Assembly (NCBI GenBank): GCA_028718745.1
Contig: JAQULF010000001.1
Coordinates: forward strand, 111,078 to 175,077
Source: Patescibacteria group bacterium
GTDB taxonomy: Bacteria; Patescibacteriota; JACPGU01
Length of the DNA stretch: 64,000 nt
Direction: 5' to 3'
Shown here: one piece after another, positions 20,001-29,892 of the stretch
Numbering within the stretch: position 1 is the stretch's first letter
Layout of the letters: every line of letters starts with the position of its first letter
The notes under the pieces: generated by a model
What the model saw: the letters and a program-made list of their open reading frames with translations, nothing else
What the model was told of the DNA's origin: nothing
Databases searched by the model: none
Program-made: the position numbers and the translations under genes

Positions 20001-21101
20001 TCAGCGATTGCGCGCTTTGGCCTTGTTCTCCCAGTACATCTTTCCGAAGAGCTTGTCTTCGGGGATGCTCTGGAGAGAGCGACCCGCCACCCTGCCGGAA
20101 TCGGCCGGCAGAACGGTGATGGCGAGACAGAACTCCGAGCCCTCGATGTCGGTCGGATTGATGAGGTTGTAATACCACCCCGCCCAGTCACCGAGATAGC
20201 CAGAGTCGATCGCGTCCGGTTTCGTCTGGAGCTTGAAGCACTCCTGATATTCGCCCGGCGCGGCATTTTTGCCGGACAAGTAAAACATCAGGTCTCCGGA
20301 TTCTCCCGGAAGAATCGTCTCCTGATTCCACATGGTCATGTCGGAAACGACTCTTTGGTCATACCACGATGAGCCATCGTAGAAAGGCGACTGAATCTCG
20401 GCCTCATCGGAGAGAACCATGTAAATCCGGTTCTTCCGATTGTCAAAATTTGACCACGCCGTATTCCCCGTGTTTGTCACATGAATCGAGTAAAGATTGT
20501 CGGGATATATGGCATCCTCTCCTGAAGTCAGAGCGATGGTCAGACTCGACGATGCGACTTCGGCTGCATAGTTCTCTACGAAGTCGCCGGGAACAACCTC
20601 GATGATCATGTCTTTCTCGATCTGTGCGGAGCCTGCCGGCAATCCGACAACTTCGGCTTTCACCGTAAGTATCTTAGAACGGTCCGGCGTAACGGAAATG
20701 GTTGACAGATCGACTGATGTTGTCGCCACTCCGTTAATCGAGCTCACGACATGGATAATCGGTCCGATCACTGTATCGCCATCGAGCAAGCGAAAGCGAA
20801 CCGTGACTCCCGGAATTCCGCATCCATACATTCCACCCGAACAGAGCCCGGACGCGTAAACACCGACATTCTTTCTCTCGCCGGACCTTGCGATCTGGTA
20901 ATCGTAAGACTGGTAGGTGTCTTGCATTATGTCGCCCTCGCCGAATGGGTCGAGATAATCGACCATCTGGGCCGCATGAACATCAACGGGCACAATCTGT
21001 TGAGCAGCCGGACCGGCCGAACTTCCGCCTCCGCCGCAACCGGAGACGGACAGAACAACGACCAGCAAAAACGCGAAGAACACCGGGAAAGACTTTTTCA
21101 T
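20001..21101 (-). CDS. Lipoprotein with an NBR1-like Ig module; GC-richer than its flanks
   Basis: Lipobox VSGC-GGGG; VTNTGNTAW...SPFYDGSSW...ILPGESG.LMF...PGEYQECF; own TTGACA/TATAAT promoter near 21227-21254. Confidence 0.75.
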   Translation of the reverse strand: MKKSFPVFFAFLLVVVLSVSGCGGGGSSAGPAAQQIVPVDVHAAQMVDYLDPFGEGDIMQDTYQSYDYQIARSGERKNVGVYASGLCSGGMYGCGIPGVTVRFRLLDGDTVIGPIIHVVSSINGVATTSVDLSTISVTPDRSKILTVKAEVVGLPAGSAQIEKDMIIEVVPGDFVENYAAEVASSSLTIALTSGEDAIYPDNLYSIHVTNTGNTAWSNFDNRKNRIYMVLSDEAEIQSPFYDGSSWYDQRVVSDMTMWNQETILPGESGDLMFYLSGKNAAPGEYQECFKLQTKPDAIDSGYLGDWAGWYYNLINPTDIEGSEFCLAITVLPADSGRVAGRSLQSIPEDKLFGKMYWENKAKARNR

Positions 21102-21373
21102 TGTTTCTCACCTCGTTTGATTTCCCCTCTTAACTGCTTAGCCACGATAGGGGTTAGCGGCTTATATTTTACTGGTTAAAAACCAGATTTTTCTCTTACA
21201 AATTTTCAAGGTTCATAATGTTATCATTATATCACAAAAATATATCTTTGTCAACACTACTTTTTGGCTAAAATAACACAAAAAGCGGTCTTTTAAACCG
21301 CCTAAAATACCTTGCCGAAGGCATACTTAATTTTTTATACTTTATTTTTGATTTTTTATCTTATTCAATTCAA

Positions 21374-24300
21374 TTACATGTCAATTGAATAAATCCCCAC
21401 TCTCACATTCCGATTTGTGTTAATTTTACCCACATCCGTTCCGGTATAGAAGTATCTTAAAATTTCTTTATAGCTTTTACCGTCATTGGCCATGCCGCGA
21501 GCGCCTCTTCCGCTCATACCAACCCCATGGCCTAACATCGGATAACCGGCGCTCCAAGGATCGGGAACAGAAACCAGCCATGGATAATCACTTTGTTTTG
21601 AACCCCAAACTTCCGAGATCGAACGAGTTCGCCCATCAGATTGAGTGTAGTAAGGAGTTAAAACCGGATTACTATTATAAGTCACGACTTGTCCGGCCGT
21701 ATCATCGACTGCGCGAGGAATATTATTGGCGCGAGTGGCAAAATTGTAGCCTTGATAAATTTGATCGTCGCCATTGCCATTGCGTGAATTTTTAAGCGTT
21801 ATAAAATCATCCGGCCACCTTCCACCTCGGCTCAAGTGGTAATAGATATAGCTCCGTTCCGCGACCACGGCCGATTTAACATATTCGTAACCGGCACTAT
21901 CCAATGGTTCGGAAACGCCTTTCAGATAATCTTCAATATTCAAATCATTAATCACCCAGAGTTTATGGCTTTTGGTGCTATAGCGAATCTCAATCACGCC
22001 CTTGAATCTATTATCATTAATAGATGGATTCCAAGCCGGCCGATCGGTATAAGAATCTACCGTAAAAATAGTCGGTACCGCCCAAGGAACGATACTAACC
22101 CAGCCGGTCGCTTCAATGACATTGCCATTATTGATTTTGAAAAAGTGCTTGCCGCCATTGTAGTAAGCTGTAACAATATCCCCATTTTTTCCTTCGGCTA
22201 ATTTCGCTCCCGAATCATTAACCACTATAAATGGCCCGTTGGAAGAAACTTTCACAGTTTGAACACCGTTGGGAATACTAATTAGCTGGGTACTATTATT
22301 TGAATTATTTGCAGTCGCATTCACATCTTGTCCACCAGCTGGCGGGTTAACGGTTATTTGCCAATAAATCCCAATGTCTTTAAACCAAGCCACGCCATCG
22401 CGAACAAGTGTAAAGTATTCTTTGTAGACTTTCGCTTCCGATGGAGCCGTGATGTTAAATGTGAAGCGGACATTTTCACCGGGATTGACCGTGTCTTTGT
22501 CCATTGCCACACGGTTAGAAGAAATAAAAGGACTAATTCGATCTCTTGGGTTAGCGGTAGCTAGACGAACCGGAGTTGCGTCATCTTTTTTCCAAATTTT
22601 GTTGCCGGTATTTTTTACTTCCAGCCAAATTTGCTGTGTCGTACCGGCATTCATTGAAATAAAAGGGCTTTGAGAAATATAATCAAAATCGTCTTTATCG
22701 CTAGCCGAAACTACCGGGGTATTATTAACAACGCTGGCTGATGGTACAACCATAAAATTCCAGAAGATGCCAATATCATCTGTCCAACCAATACCATCGG
22801 CAACCAATCCAAACTTTTCCTTGGTTAAACCAAGGGTAGTGGGAGCGGTAATGGTAAAATCGAATCTAGCTGTCTCACCCGGCGCAACTTTATCCTGACT
22901 CATGGCGATTCTATTTTTGGAAAGCCAAGAGGAATTGGCGAAAGCGCTTTCTTTGTCATCAATGGTGGCCAGATGAAAAAAATCTTTATACCAATTGGTT
23001 ATGCCGGTATTTTTTACTTCCAAAGAAACGGCTTTTGTCTCTCCGGAATTCAGAGTTGGGTACGCGCTTTGATTCATTAAACTAAAGGTGTAGGCACTAA
23101 TTTTTTGGCTGTAGACTTTTGGTTCGCTCGGCGTCGGTGTAGTAACCAATTGTCCACCGGCAGCATTAACTGTGATATTCCACTCTACATTAAGTAAGTT
23201 TCCGCCTTCGATATTTCGGCTATCCGAGCGGATGGTAAACTTTTCATTATATTGTCCGGGATTATTTGGCGCGGTGATTACAAATGAAATTCGGCCCGTT
23301 GCTCCCGAACTGATATTGGAATTATTAAAGCTGCCTGGGCTTTTTTTGCTTTCCCAATCGCCATCGGTGTAGAAAAGACTGTCGCGATTATTGGAAGTTA
23401 CTAATTTTATAGCATCGCCACTGGTCCAGTTCTTACTCCCCACATTTTTTACATCTACCCAAAGTGTTGCTTGTTTACCGGCAGCTAAAATCTGATCGGC
23501 AGCTTTATCAACTACTTTACCCCTATATTCCGGCGTAACAACATTGAGGTTGGCGCTAAAACCACCACCGGAAACTAAATTTCCTCCCAACCTGGTTTCA
23601 AAGCTTTGAGATAATCCTTGGTTAATACTTGGAGCAGTGATGTTTAAATTAAAGTTTCCGATTTCACCCGGCTCAACACTTCTTCCGAAGCTAACTAATT
23701 CAGCGCTTAGGCTTCCTCCGACACCACTAATAGATAGTTTGTTATCGCCTCCGGAAGGCCAAGGAGTATTGCCGGTATTTTTCAAACTGGCTTTAATTTT
23801 GGTAGTATCGCCGCCATAAACTTGCGCTCCATTATCGACCGAAATAAATTGAGCGCTCACTTTTTTGGCCGGATAGGTTTTCAGTTTAGTATCTGTTTTT
23901 CCTCTTAAATCTTGGATTCTTTCGTAAATAGTATTGCCCGGACAGGAGGTGGCATTTAAGTCTTTGTGTCCGACTATGGTTGGGATAGTTTTATTCTTCA
24001 AATAAACTTGACCGGTTGGATTGATACCATATTGAAAGGATTTATAGGCGATTAAATTTATTAAGGCATCATATTGAGCCGTCTCGAGATTGCGAACATT
24101 ATAGTCGCCGATCAAAACTATGCCAATCGTCCCGCTATTATAACCGAGAGTATGGCCGGCAATTACTCCGCCGCCGCCCGATCGGCCTTCATAGATACTG
24201 CCATTAACATCAATGACATAATTGTAACCAATATCGCCCCAGCCGTAACTGACCGCATGGCCATAATAAAGATTGCGCACTACGCTCATCTGATCCGCCA

Positions 24301-24907
24301 CTTTTGCGCCTTCTTCTCCGGCTGTATGGTGAATTACGAAGGCTTTAGGTCCATCGTACTCCGGCTTCCAGGTCATCCAAGATTCATTGGCGCCCCATTC
24401 AGATCGGGAAATTATCTTTGGCCCCAGACCGGAATTGTCTAGAGAAATTTTAGTTATTCCAGTCTGGCCTGAAGTATTAAAAAAATTAAAATTTATTTTG
24501 AAATTTTTGCCGATGTCGTTGCCACTAAAATCAATTTTGTATTGAAGATATTGGTCGCTATCGCTGTTATATACTTCTCCGTAAATCCAATCATTATTAT
24601 CCTTGCCATTTTCCGGATTAAGAAGCGCCCATGCTCCCAAAGTATTTTCGGATTTACCTGTTCTTAGAAAAATAGCAACATTGCCAAAACCATTCGACCA
24701 CTTGCTGGCAATACCCGTAAAAGCGAAATCGTTTTTTTCAACAGCTGAAATATACTCTCCTTTATCAACAGAAATTGTTTTTTCAAGAGTCTTGCTTGGA
24801 ATATCGCTTGATTTTGCAGAAACAAAACCTATCCCTGAAAAAGGAATAAGACTGGAAATTAGGATTAAGAAAGATAAAAATGTGATGACTTTATTTCGTA
24901 TAATCAT
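21374..24907 (-). CDS. Secreted cell-wall hydrolase: Amidase_2 + NBR1-like Ig repeats + SpoIID/LytB domain
   Basis: IISRSEWGA, VIHHTAG, GWGDIGYNY, GHKDLNATSCPG (amidase 2); INDLNIEDYLKGV, DQIYQG, GHGVGMS, ILRYFYTG (SpoIID). Confidence 0.9.
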   Translation of the reverse strand: MIIRNKVITFLSFLILISSLIPFSGIGFVSAKSSDIPSKTLEKTISVDKGEYISAVEKNDFAFTGIASKWSNGFGNVAIFLRTGKSENTLGAWALLNPENGKDNNDWIYGEVYNSDSDQYLQYKIDFSGNDIGKNFKINFNFFNTSGQTGITKISLDNSGLGPKIISRSEWGANESWMTWKPEYDGPKAFVIHHTAGEEGAKVADQMSVVRNLYYGHAVSYGWGDIGYNYVIDVNGSIYEGRSGGGGVIAGHTLGYNSGTIGIVLIGDYNVRNLETAQYDALINLIAYKSFQYGINPTGQVYLKNKTIPTIVGHKDLNATSCPGNTIYERIQDLRGKTDTKLKTYPAKKVSAQFISVDNGAQVYGGDTTKIKASLKNTGNTPWPSGGDNKLSISGVGGSLSAELVSFGRSVEPGEIGNFNLNITAPSINQGLSQSFETRLGGNLVSGGGFSANLNVVTPEYRGKVVDKAADQILAAGKQATLWVDVKNVGSKNWTSGDAIKLVTSNNRDSLFYTDGDWESKKSPGSFNNSNISSGATGRISFVITAPNNPGQYNEKFTIRSDSRNIEGGNLLNVEWNITVNAAGGQLVTTPTPSEPKVYSQKISAYTFSLMNQSAYPTLNSGETKAVSLEVKNTGITNWYKDFFHLATIDDKESAFANSSWLSKNRIAMSQDKVAPGETARFDFTITAPTTLGLTKEKFGLVADGIGWTDDIGIFWNFMVVPSASVVNNTPVVSASDKDDFDYISQSPFISMNAGTTQQIWLEVKNTGNKIWKKDDATPVRLATANPRDRISPFISSNRVAMDKDTVNPGENVRFTFNITAPSEAKVYKEYFTLVRDGVAWFKDIGIYWQITVNPPAGGQDVNATANNSNNSTQLISIPNGVQTVKVSSNGPFIVVNDSGAKLAEGKNGDIVTAYYNGGKHFFKINNGNVIEATGWVSIVPWAVPTIFTVDSYTDRPAWNPSINDNRFKGVIEIRYSTKSHKLWVINDLNIEDYLKGVSEPLDSAGYEYVKSAVVAERSYIYYHLSRGGRWPDDFITLKNSRNGNGDDQIYQGYNFATRANNIPRAVDDTAGQVVTYNSNPVLTPYYTQSDGRTRSISEVWGSKQSDYPWLVSVPDPWSAGYPMLGHGVGMSGRGARGMANDGKSYKEILRYFYTGTDVGKINTNRNVRVGIYSIDM

Positions 24908-25115
24908 AAATCTATTATCGTATTTGTTTGGTAAAAAGTCAAATCATTTGGAAAGTAAAAAACTAATTTTCAACAAACAAGGTTGGGAGTTATAACAAAG
25001 TTATAACAATCAAAAATCTATTTGCATTTTATAAACAACATACTATAATTAGAATTAAGAAATTAAAATATAAAAAACTAAAACAAATAAAAGTATTTGG
25101 GGAGGGAAAATACAC

Positions 25116-25559
25116 ATGCTAAAAAGTGAAATTGAAAAATTTTTTTCCGATGAGGATGATTTTTTGGGTGGAAATAACACCGAATTGGTTGCCAGCGACG
25201 ATAACGATTTGATGAGCGATGAGCTTGAGGGCCAGCTCTCAATTGACATGTACCAGACCGACGATGATCTAATTATTAAAGCTCCCGTAGCCGGCGTTGA
25301 TCCGAATGATCTTGAGGTTTCTGTCACAGAAGATTCGTTTGTGATTCGCGGAAAAAGACATGATGAACACAAACAAGAAAAGGGTAATTATTTTGTACAC
25401 GAATGTTACTGGGGATCTTTCAGCCGCAGCGAGTCTCTGCCGGTACCGGTAGTCGCTGAAAAAGCCGAAGCTTCGATCAACAAAAAAGGCGTCTTAACTA
25501 TTCGCGTACCAAAGTCTTCAAAAGGAAAAAGTAAGACTTTAAAGATAAAAACAGAGTAA
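25116..25559 (+). CDS. Hsp20/alpha-crystallin small heat-shock protein
   Basis: GQLSIDMYQT, ECYWGSFSRS..LP, GVLTIRVPK. Confidence 0.92.
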   Translation: MLKSEIEKFFSDEDDFLGGNNTELVASDDNDLMSDELEGQLSIDMYQTDDDLIIKAPVAGVDPNDLEVSVTEDSFVIRGKRHDEHKQEKGNYFVHECYWGSFSRSESLPVPVVAEKAEASINKKGVLTIRVPKSSKGKSKTLKIKTE

Positions 25560-25563
25560 ATTC

Positions 25564-25597
25564 ACCCCGTCAAATCCGAAAGGCAATTTGACGGGGT
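25564..25597. repeat. CCCCGTCAAAT-N10-ATTTGACGGGG palindrome (copies at 27916-27949 and 51299-51334)
   Basis: Three near-identical hairpins, each just upstream of a start codon. Confidence 0.8.
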
Positions 25598-25609
25598 AAA
25601 AATAAAATT

Positions 25610-26971
25610 ATGAATAAAAAAATTCTCATTATCGGTGGAGCCGTAATCGCTCTAATAATAATTATTATTGGGGGTATTCTGATTTTTAGAAAACCGGCAC
25701 CAACGCCAAGTCCAACTCCGGTAGATTGCGTTAAAGATCCTACCAATAAAGCTTGTCCTCAATTACCCAATCCCAATCAAGAAGCTAACCTTACTATGTG
25801 GGGAGTTTTTGACGATGGCTCCATTTTTCAGCCGCTAATAAGCGCTTTCAATAAACAGTATCCCAACATCAAAATTACTTATGTAAAAAAATCATATAGC
25901 GATTATGAGGCTACTATGGTTGATGCTATCGCTTCGGATACGGGACCGGATATTTTTAATGTATCCAATTTCTGGCTTCCAAAGCATAAATCAAAGATGG
26001 CTTCCGCGCCTCAAGAAGTTTTTTCAGCCCAGGAATTCAACCAAGGCTTTATTCAATCAGCCTACGATGATTTTGTTTCGGATGGCAAGGTTTATGGAGT
26101 TCCTTTATATACCGACAATCTCGTTCTCTATTACAATAAAAGACTGATGGCCAAAGACAGTCTTTATGAACCGCCCCAGAATTGGAACGATGTTGTAACC
26201 TATTCAAAGATATTAACCAAAAAAGTTCCCGGCGGTTCCGACGAGTTAACTCAAGCCGGAATAGCCTTGGGAACTAGTAGTATTACCAGATCCGCCGATA
26301 TTCTGACAGCTATGATGCTGCAAACCGGCACACCTATAATATCTGATGACAAGCGATCTTTCAATTTCAATCAATTTAGAAAAAACGCGCAGGGAAGTCC
26401 GGAGTATCCCGGCACCAATGCCTTAAGCTTTTACACTTCTTTCGCCGACCCCTCCAAAGCTTCTTATTCATGGAATGACTCATTCGGAGATCCGGTTAAC
26501 GCCTTTGCTCAAGAAAAAGTGGCTATGATCGTTGGTTATTCGTATTTTGCTTCCTTGATAGAAAGAGCTAATCCAACCGTATCTTATGATATTGCTCCTC
26601 TGCCACAAATAAAGGGGGCTCCCGAAAATGTTGATTTTGTTAACTACTGGGGCTGGTCGGTTTCCAATCGATCAAAAAATCAGACGGCCGCTTGGTTGTT
26701 CTTGAAATTTCTAACCGAGAAGGAACAAATTAATAACTACCTTCAGGCAACCGGCAGAACTTCTCCTCAAAAAAATACCGTGGGAGCCAGCAATAAAGTT
26801 TTTGATGGCCAGAAATATTATGCTAAAACTATTTTTAAGGGAAATGCGGAAAACTTTGATCAGATCTTTACCGAAATGATCGATGATGTAGTAAAATACA
26901 AACAGCCCAATCAAAGCGCTATTGATACAGCTGCCCGAAAGGCTAATGAAATGTTAAGTAAATACTATTAA
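25610..26971 (+). CDS. Extracellular solute-binding protein (family 1, sugar ABC-type), TM-anchored
   Basis: LTMWG, GPDIF, YGVPLYTDNLVLYYNK, PPQNW and AAWLFLKFL motifs. Confidence 0.88.
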   Translation: MNKKILIIGGAVIALIIIIIGGILIFRKPAPTPSPTPVDCVKDPTNKACPQLPNPNQEANLTMWGVFDDGSIFQPLISAFNKQYPNIKITYVKKSYSDYEATMVDAIASDTGPDIFNVSNFWLPKHKSKMASAPQEVFSAQEFNQGFIQSAYDDFVSDGKVYGVPLYTDNLVLYYNKRLMAKDSLYEPPQNWNDVVTYSKILTKKVPGGSDELTQAGIALGTSSITRSADILTAMMLQTGTPIISDDKRSFNFNQFRKNAQGSPEYPGTNALSFYTSFADPSKASYSWNDSFGDPVNAFAQEKVAMIVGYSYFASLIERANPTVSYDIAPLPQIKGAPENVDFVNYWGWSVSNRSKNQTAAWLFLKFLTEKEQINNYLQATGRTSPQKNTVGASNKVFDGQKYYAKTIFKGNAENFDQIFTEMIDDVVKYKQPNQSAIDTAARKANEMLSKYY

Positions 26972-27062
26972 AACCAAAGAGGCGGGGGTTGATATTTTTT
27001 CCAACAATAGAAAGATAAAAACCATAAAAAAAATCATTGCCTTATTTTTTGGCCTGTATTTT

Positions 27063-27839
27063 GTGTCTTTATCGATTTTTTTTATATTATTGCCGCAAAA
27101 TGTTCTGGCTGCTCCCATAATAGATGATAGTTCCGGCGGCCAAATCATAACCGATCCTACATCCGGCTCACAGATACAAGCAAATGAAGCCGCAGCGAAA
27201 CAACAGATTAAAACGGCCTGTGATGTCATTGGCGGAACAGTTAACCAGACAACGGGCTATTGCGAAAAAGATGGGAGAGTTTTGGGCAGTAACGAACTGT
27301 ATGGACCAAAAATAAGCGTCATTGATTCACTAGTTGGCATCTTTCAGAACCTTATCATCTCGGCGGCTTTTTTGATATTTGTCTGGGGCATTCTTACCTA
27401 TACAACCAGTGCGGGAGGAAAAGGCGTAGAGAAGGCCAAAGAGTATATTCTTAGCGCTGTTATAGCTTTAGCGGCACTTGTTCTGGTCAGAGTGTTTTTT
27501 AAAAATACCATTGGGGAGACTCCATTGCCAACAGCAACAGGATCGCTTGATGAAATTTTAAATATAATAAGAGGTGGAGCAGGCACTACCGGACCATTGG
27601 AAATTTTTAATGTGCTAAGCCGCCTTTTGACCGGAATTACCAACTGGTTGCTTATAGGTTTTCCGGCTACAGCTCTTATTTTTATAATGTATTCCGGCCT
27701 TCTTTATATTTTTTCCGCCGGTAATCCTAAAAAAACCGAGGCGGCCGTAAAAAGCCTAAACACTTCTATTCTTGGCTTCGTTTTCTTCTTAATGTTATAT
27801 GCTCTGTGGTATTTCATTCGAAGTTTTCTGGGAGCATAG
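27063..27839 (+). CDS. Protein with two TrbC/VirB2-like pilin units; start uncertain (in-frame ATA near 27024)
   Basis: WGILTYTTSAGG..VEKAKEYI and YSGLLYIFSAGNPKKTEAAVKSL motifs. Confidence 0.75.
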   Translation: MSLSIFFILLPQNVLAAPIIDDSSGGQIITDPTSGSQIQANEAAAKQQIKTACDVIGGTVNQTTGYCEKDGRVLGSNELYGPKISVIDSLVGIFQNLIISAAFLIFVWGILTYTTSAGGKGVEKAKEYILSAVIALAALVLVRVFFKNTIGETPLPTATGSLDEILNIIRGGAGTTGPLEIFNVLSRLLTGITNWLLIGFPATALIFIMYSGLLYIFSAGNPKKTEAAVKSLNTSILGFVFFLMLYALWYFIRSFLGA

Positions 27840-27970
27840 AGGTATTGCAAAAAAATATATATCTTGTAAAATAAAATAGAAAATAACTGGTCCATGCGGA
27901 CTGTTGATAATATATCCCCAGTCAAATCCGAAAGGCAATTTGACGGGGTAAATATAACTAAAATAAAAAG

Positions 27971-28366
27971 ATGATTAAAAAGGTAAAACTAATCGCAGGC
28001 ACTTTTGTCTTGTCTACCATGGTTCTTATCGCCAATAAAGTTTCGGCTGTTACCTGTATTACTCCTAATAACCCTCCGGGATGTACTTCGGGCTCTATCG
28101 ATACGAAGGAGTTAGCTGTAGGTAATCTTAATACTTATATAAGCGATGCTTTGGGCTTTGCTATCTGGGCGGCCGGATTATTGTCAGTTGTATTCATAAT
28201 TATTGGAGGCTTCCAATACATTACCGCCGGAGCCAGCAAAGATGGTGCTACCAAAGCAAAAAACACCTTGACTTATGCAATTATCGGTTTAGTTATTGTT
28301 TTGCTAGCGCTTGTTATTCGAAATTATGTTCTTACCAGCATAGGCGTATCCATCCCCGTTCTGTAA
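27971..28366 (+). CDS. TrbC/VirB2-like pilin
   Basis: Signal peptide; FIIIGGFQYITAGA...KAKNTLTYAIIGLVIVLLA. Confidence 0.85.
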   Translation: MIKKVKLIAGTFVLSTMVLIANKVSAVTCITPNNPPGCTSGSIDTKELAVGNLNTYISDALGFAIWAAGLLSVVFIIIGGFQYITAGASKDGATKAKNTLTYAIIGLVIVLLALVIRNYVLTSIGVSIPVL

Positions 28367-28379
28367 TTTCAGGAAAATA

Positions 28380-28414
28380 AAAAAAATATCCTCCGTTCGG
28401 GAGGATATTTTTTT
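28380..28414. terminator. Bidirectional intrinsic terminator
   Basis: AAAAAAATATCCTCC-GTTCG-GGAGGATATTTTTTT. Confidence 0.85.
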
Positions 28415-28433
28415 ATGTTTACAATTGAATGTT

Positions 28434-28703
28434 TTATTTTACTAAACCAGCAATCAACTTCGCCAACTTTGATTTTTTACGAGCAGCGTTATTCTTGTGG
28501 ATAGTTTTTTTCTTAACATTTTTATCGATCGTCTTATAGGCTTTCTGCAACAAATCATTTAATTTTTTCTTATCCGCTTTTTCCGCTACGGCATCCTTGG
28601 TTTCTTTAATAATTTTTTTCATGGCAAGCTTAAAACGAAGATTGTCCTCTCTTCTTTTTGCGGTTTTTTTAACATCTTTTATGGAAGCTTTCAGATTAGG
28701 CAT
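28434..28703 (-). CDS. rpsT: 30S ribosomal protein S20
   Basis: MPNLKASIK...AYKTIDK...IHKNNAARKKSKL. Confidence 0.95.
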   Translation of the reverse strand: MPNLKASIKDVKKTAKRREDNLRFKLAMKKIIKETKDAVAEKADKKKLNDLLQKAYKTIDKNVKKKTIHKNNAARKKSKLAKLIAGLVK

Positions 28704-28742
28704 AGGGGTAAATTATTATTATATGATTAAATGAATAAAGGA

Positions 28743-29132
28743 TTATGATAACATCTTTTTATTAGTAAATTTTATCAACGAATTAACTTCTCTTGGCAAT
28801 TGTTTTAACTGTGAAAAGATAAATAAATATTGTTCTTCCGATAGCAACCCTCTGATTTTTGCTTTTTCATTCCAGTCTAGCGATTCATAAATAGACCCAT
28901 AACTATAATTATAAAATTTAATCTTGTCTTTCTTGGTTTTTCTACCAAATCCTTCAGCGATATTAGCTGATATTGAATCAATTGCCCTAATAAACTGTTT
29001 TCCGACTGTATCTTTGGCCAAATAATCCCACTTAATCACTATATTCCAGACATAATTGGAAAGAGGGAGGGCTATTTTATAGGTATTAATATCATTTAAT
29101 TGTAAAAACTTTTTATTTGTATTTTCAATCAT
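28743..29132 (-). CDS. Four-helix-bundle protein (23S rRNA IVS-protein-like), framed by inverted octamer arrays
   Basis: GKQFIRAIDSISANIAEGFGR...FYNYSYGSIYE motif; arms at 28721-28745 and 29127-29164. Confidence 0.88.
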   Translation of the reverse strand: MIENTNKKFLQLNDINTYKIALPLSNYVWNIVIKWDYLAKDTVGKQFIRAIDSISANIAEGFGRKTKKDKIKFYNYSYGSIYESLDWNEKAKIRGLLSEEQYLFIFSQLKQLPREVNSLIKFTNKKMLS

Positions 29133-29216
29133 TTATTCATTTAGTCCTTTAATCCTTTATTCATCCTACCACAAAACCCCGTTTCAATCAATCAACTCTT
29201 TCCTACGCTGCGTATT

Positions 29217-29786
29217 TTATCTTCTGTACACATACATTTTTTCAAACCCCGGATCTTTTTTTATCATCAAAGTCTCTTGAGTGAATTGCGGTTGCCAACC
29301 TGGCACAGGGAAAGTACTAACAATAATGATTGCTCCCTGCCTCAATTCTTTCTCAAGTTTGTTCTTCAGCTTTTCCATCGTTTCCGGCCAGGTATAAATA
29401 TAGACAATGTCTGCCCGACTAAGATCTACATCAAAAATATTTTTTCTGGCAAAAATTACTTTTTGTCTGACAAAAGAAGATCTGGCTCTAGAAAAATATA
29501 TTTTAAACGGACTACGATCAAAACCATAGACTTGGAAATCGGGAAAAAACTTTTTAATTCTGATAGCAAAAGCCCCGCGTCCGGAGCCAAGATCAAAGAA
29601 GGTTGCTTTTTTTAAGTCTAATTTTTCTAAAATCTCTTTAACTTTTTGAGTAGCTTTCTTACTCGAAGAAACATCAATATATTTTATATGGATATTGGTA
29701 AGGATGGAATCAAGAATAAAAACAGAATATAGAAAAGAAATAAAGATGATTAAAAGAGCGGTAAATATGACTGAATATTGGGTCAT
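29217..29786 (-). CDS. Class I SAM-dependent methyltransferase with N-terminal TM
   Basis: FFDLGSGRG, ADIVYIY, LEKELRQGA motifs. Confidence 0.85.
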   Translation of the reverse strand: MTQYSVIFTALLIIFISFLYSVFILDSILTNIHIKYIDVSSSKKATQKVKEILEKLDLKKATFFDLGSGRGAFAIRIKKFFPDFQVYGFDRSPFKIYFSRARSSFVRQKVIFARKNIFDVDLSRADIVYIYTWPETMEKLKNKLEKELRQGAIIIVSTFPVPGWQPQFTQETLMIKKDPGFEKMYVYRR

Positions 29787-29797
29787 TGCTTATAAAT

Positions 29798-29873
29798 AAT
29801 GAATTAATGATTAAAGGATTAAATGATTAAAAAGCGCCCCTATAGTCCTTTATTCATTTAATCATTTATTCAT
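29798..29873. repeat. Empty inverted octamer array (ATGATTAA family)
   Basis: AATGAATTAATGATTAAAGGATTAAATGATTAA...AGTCCTTTATTCATTTAATCATTTATTCAT. Confidence 0.75.
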
Positions 29874-29892
29874 GAGAACTTTTCTTAATCAA

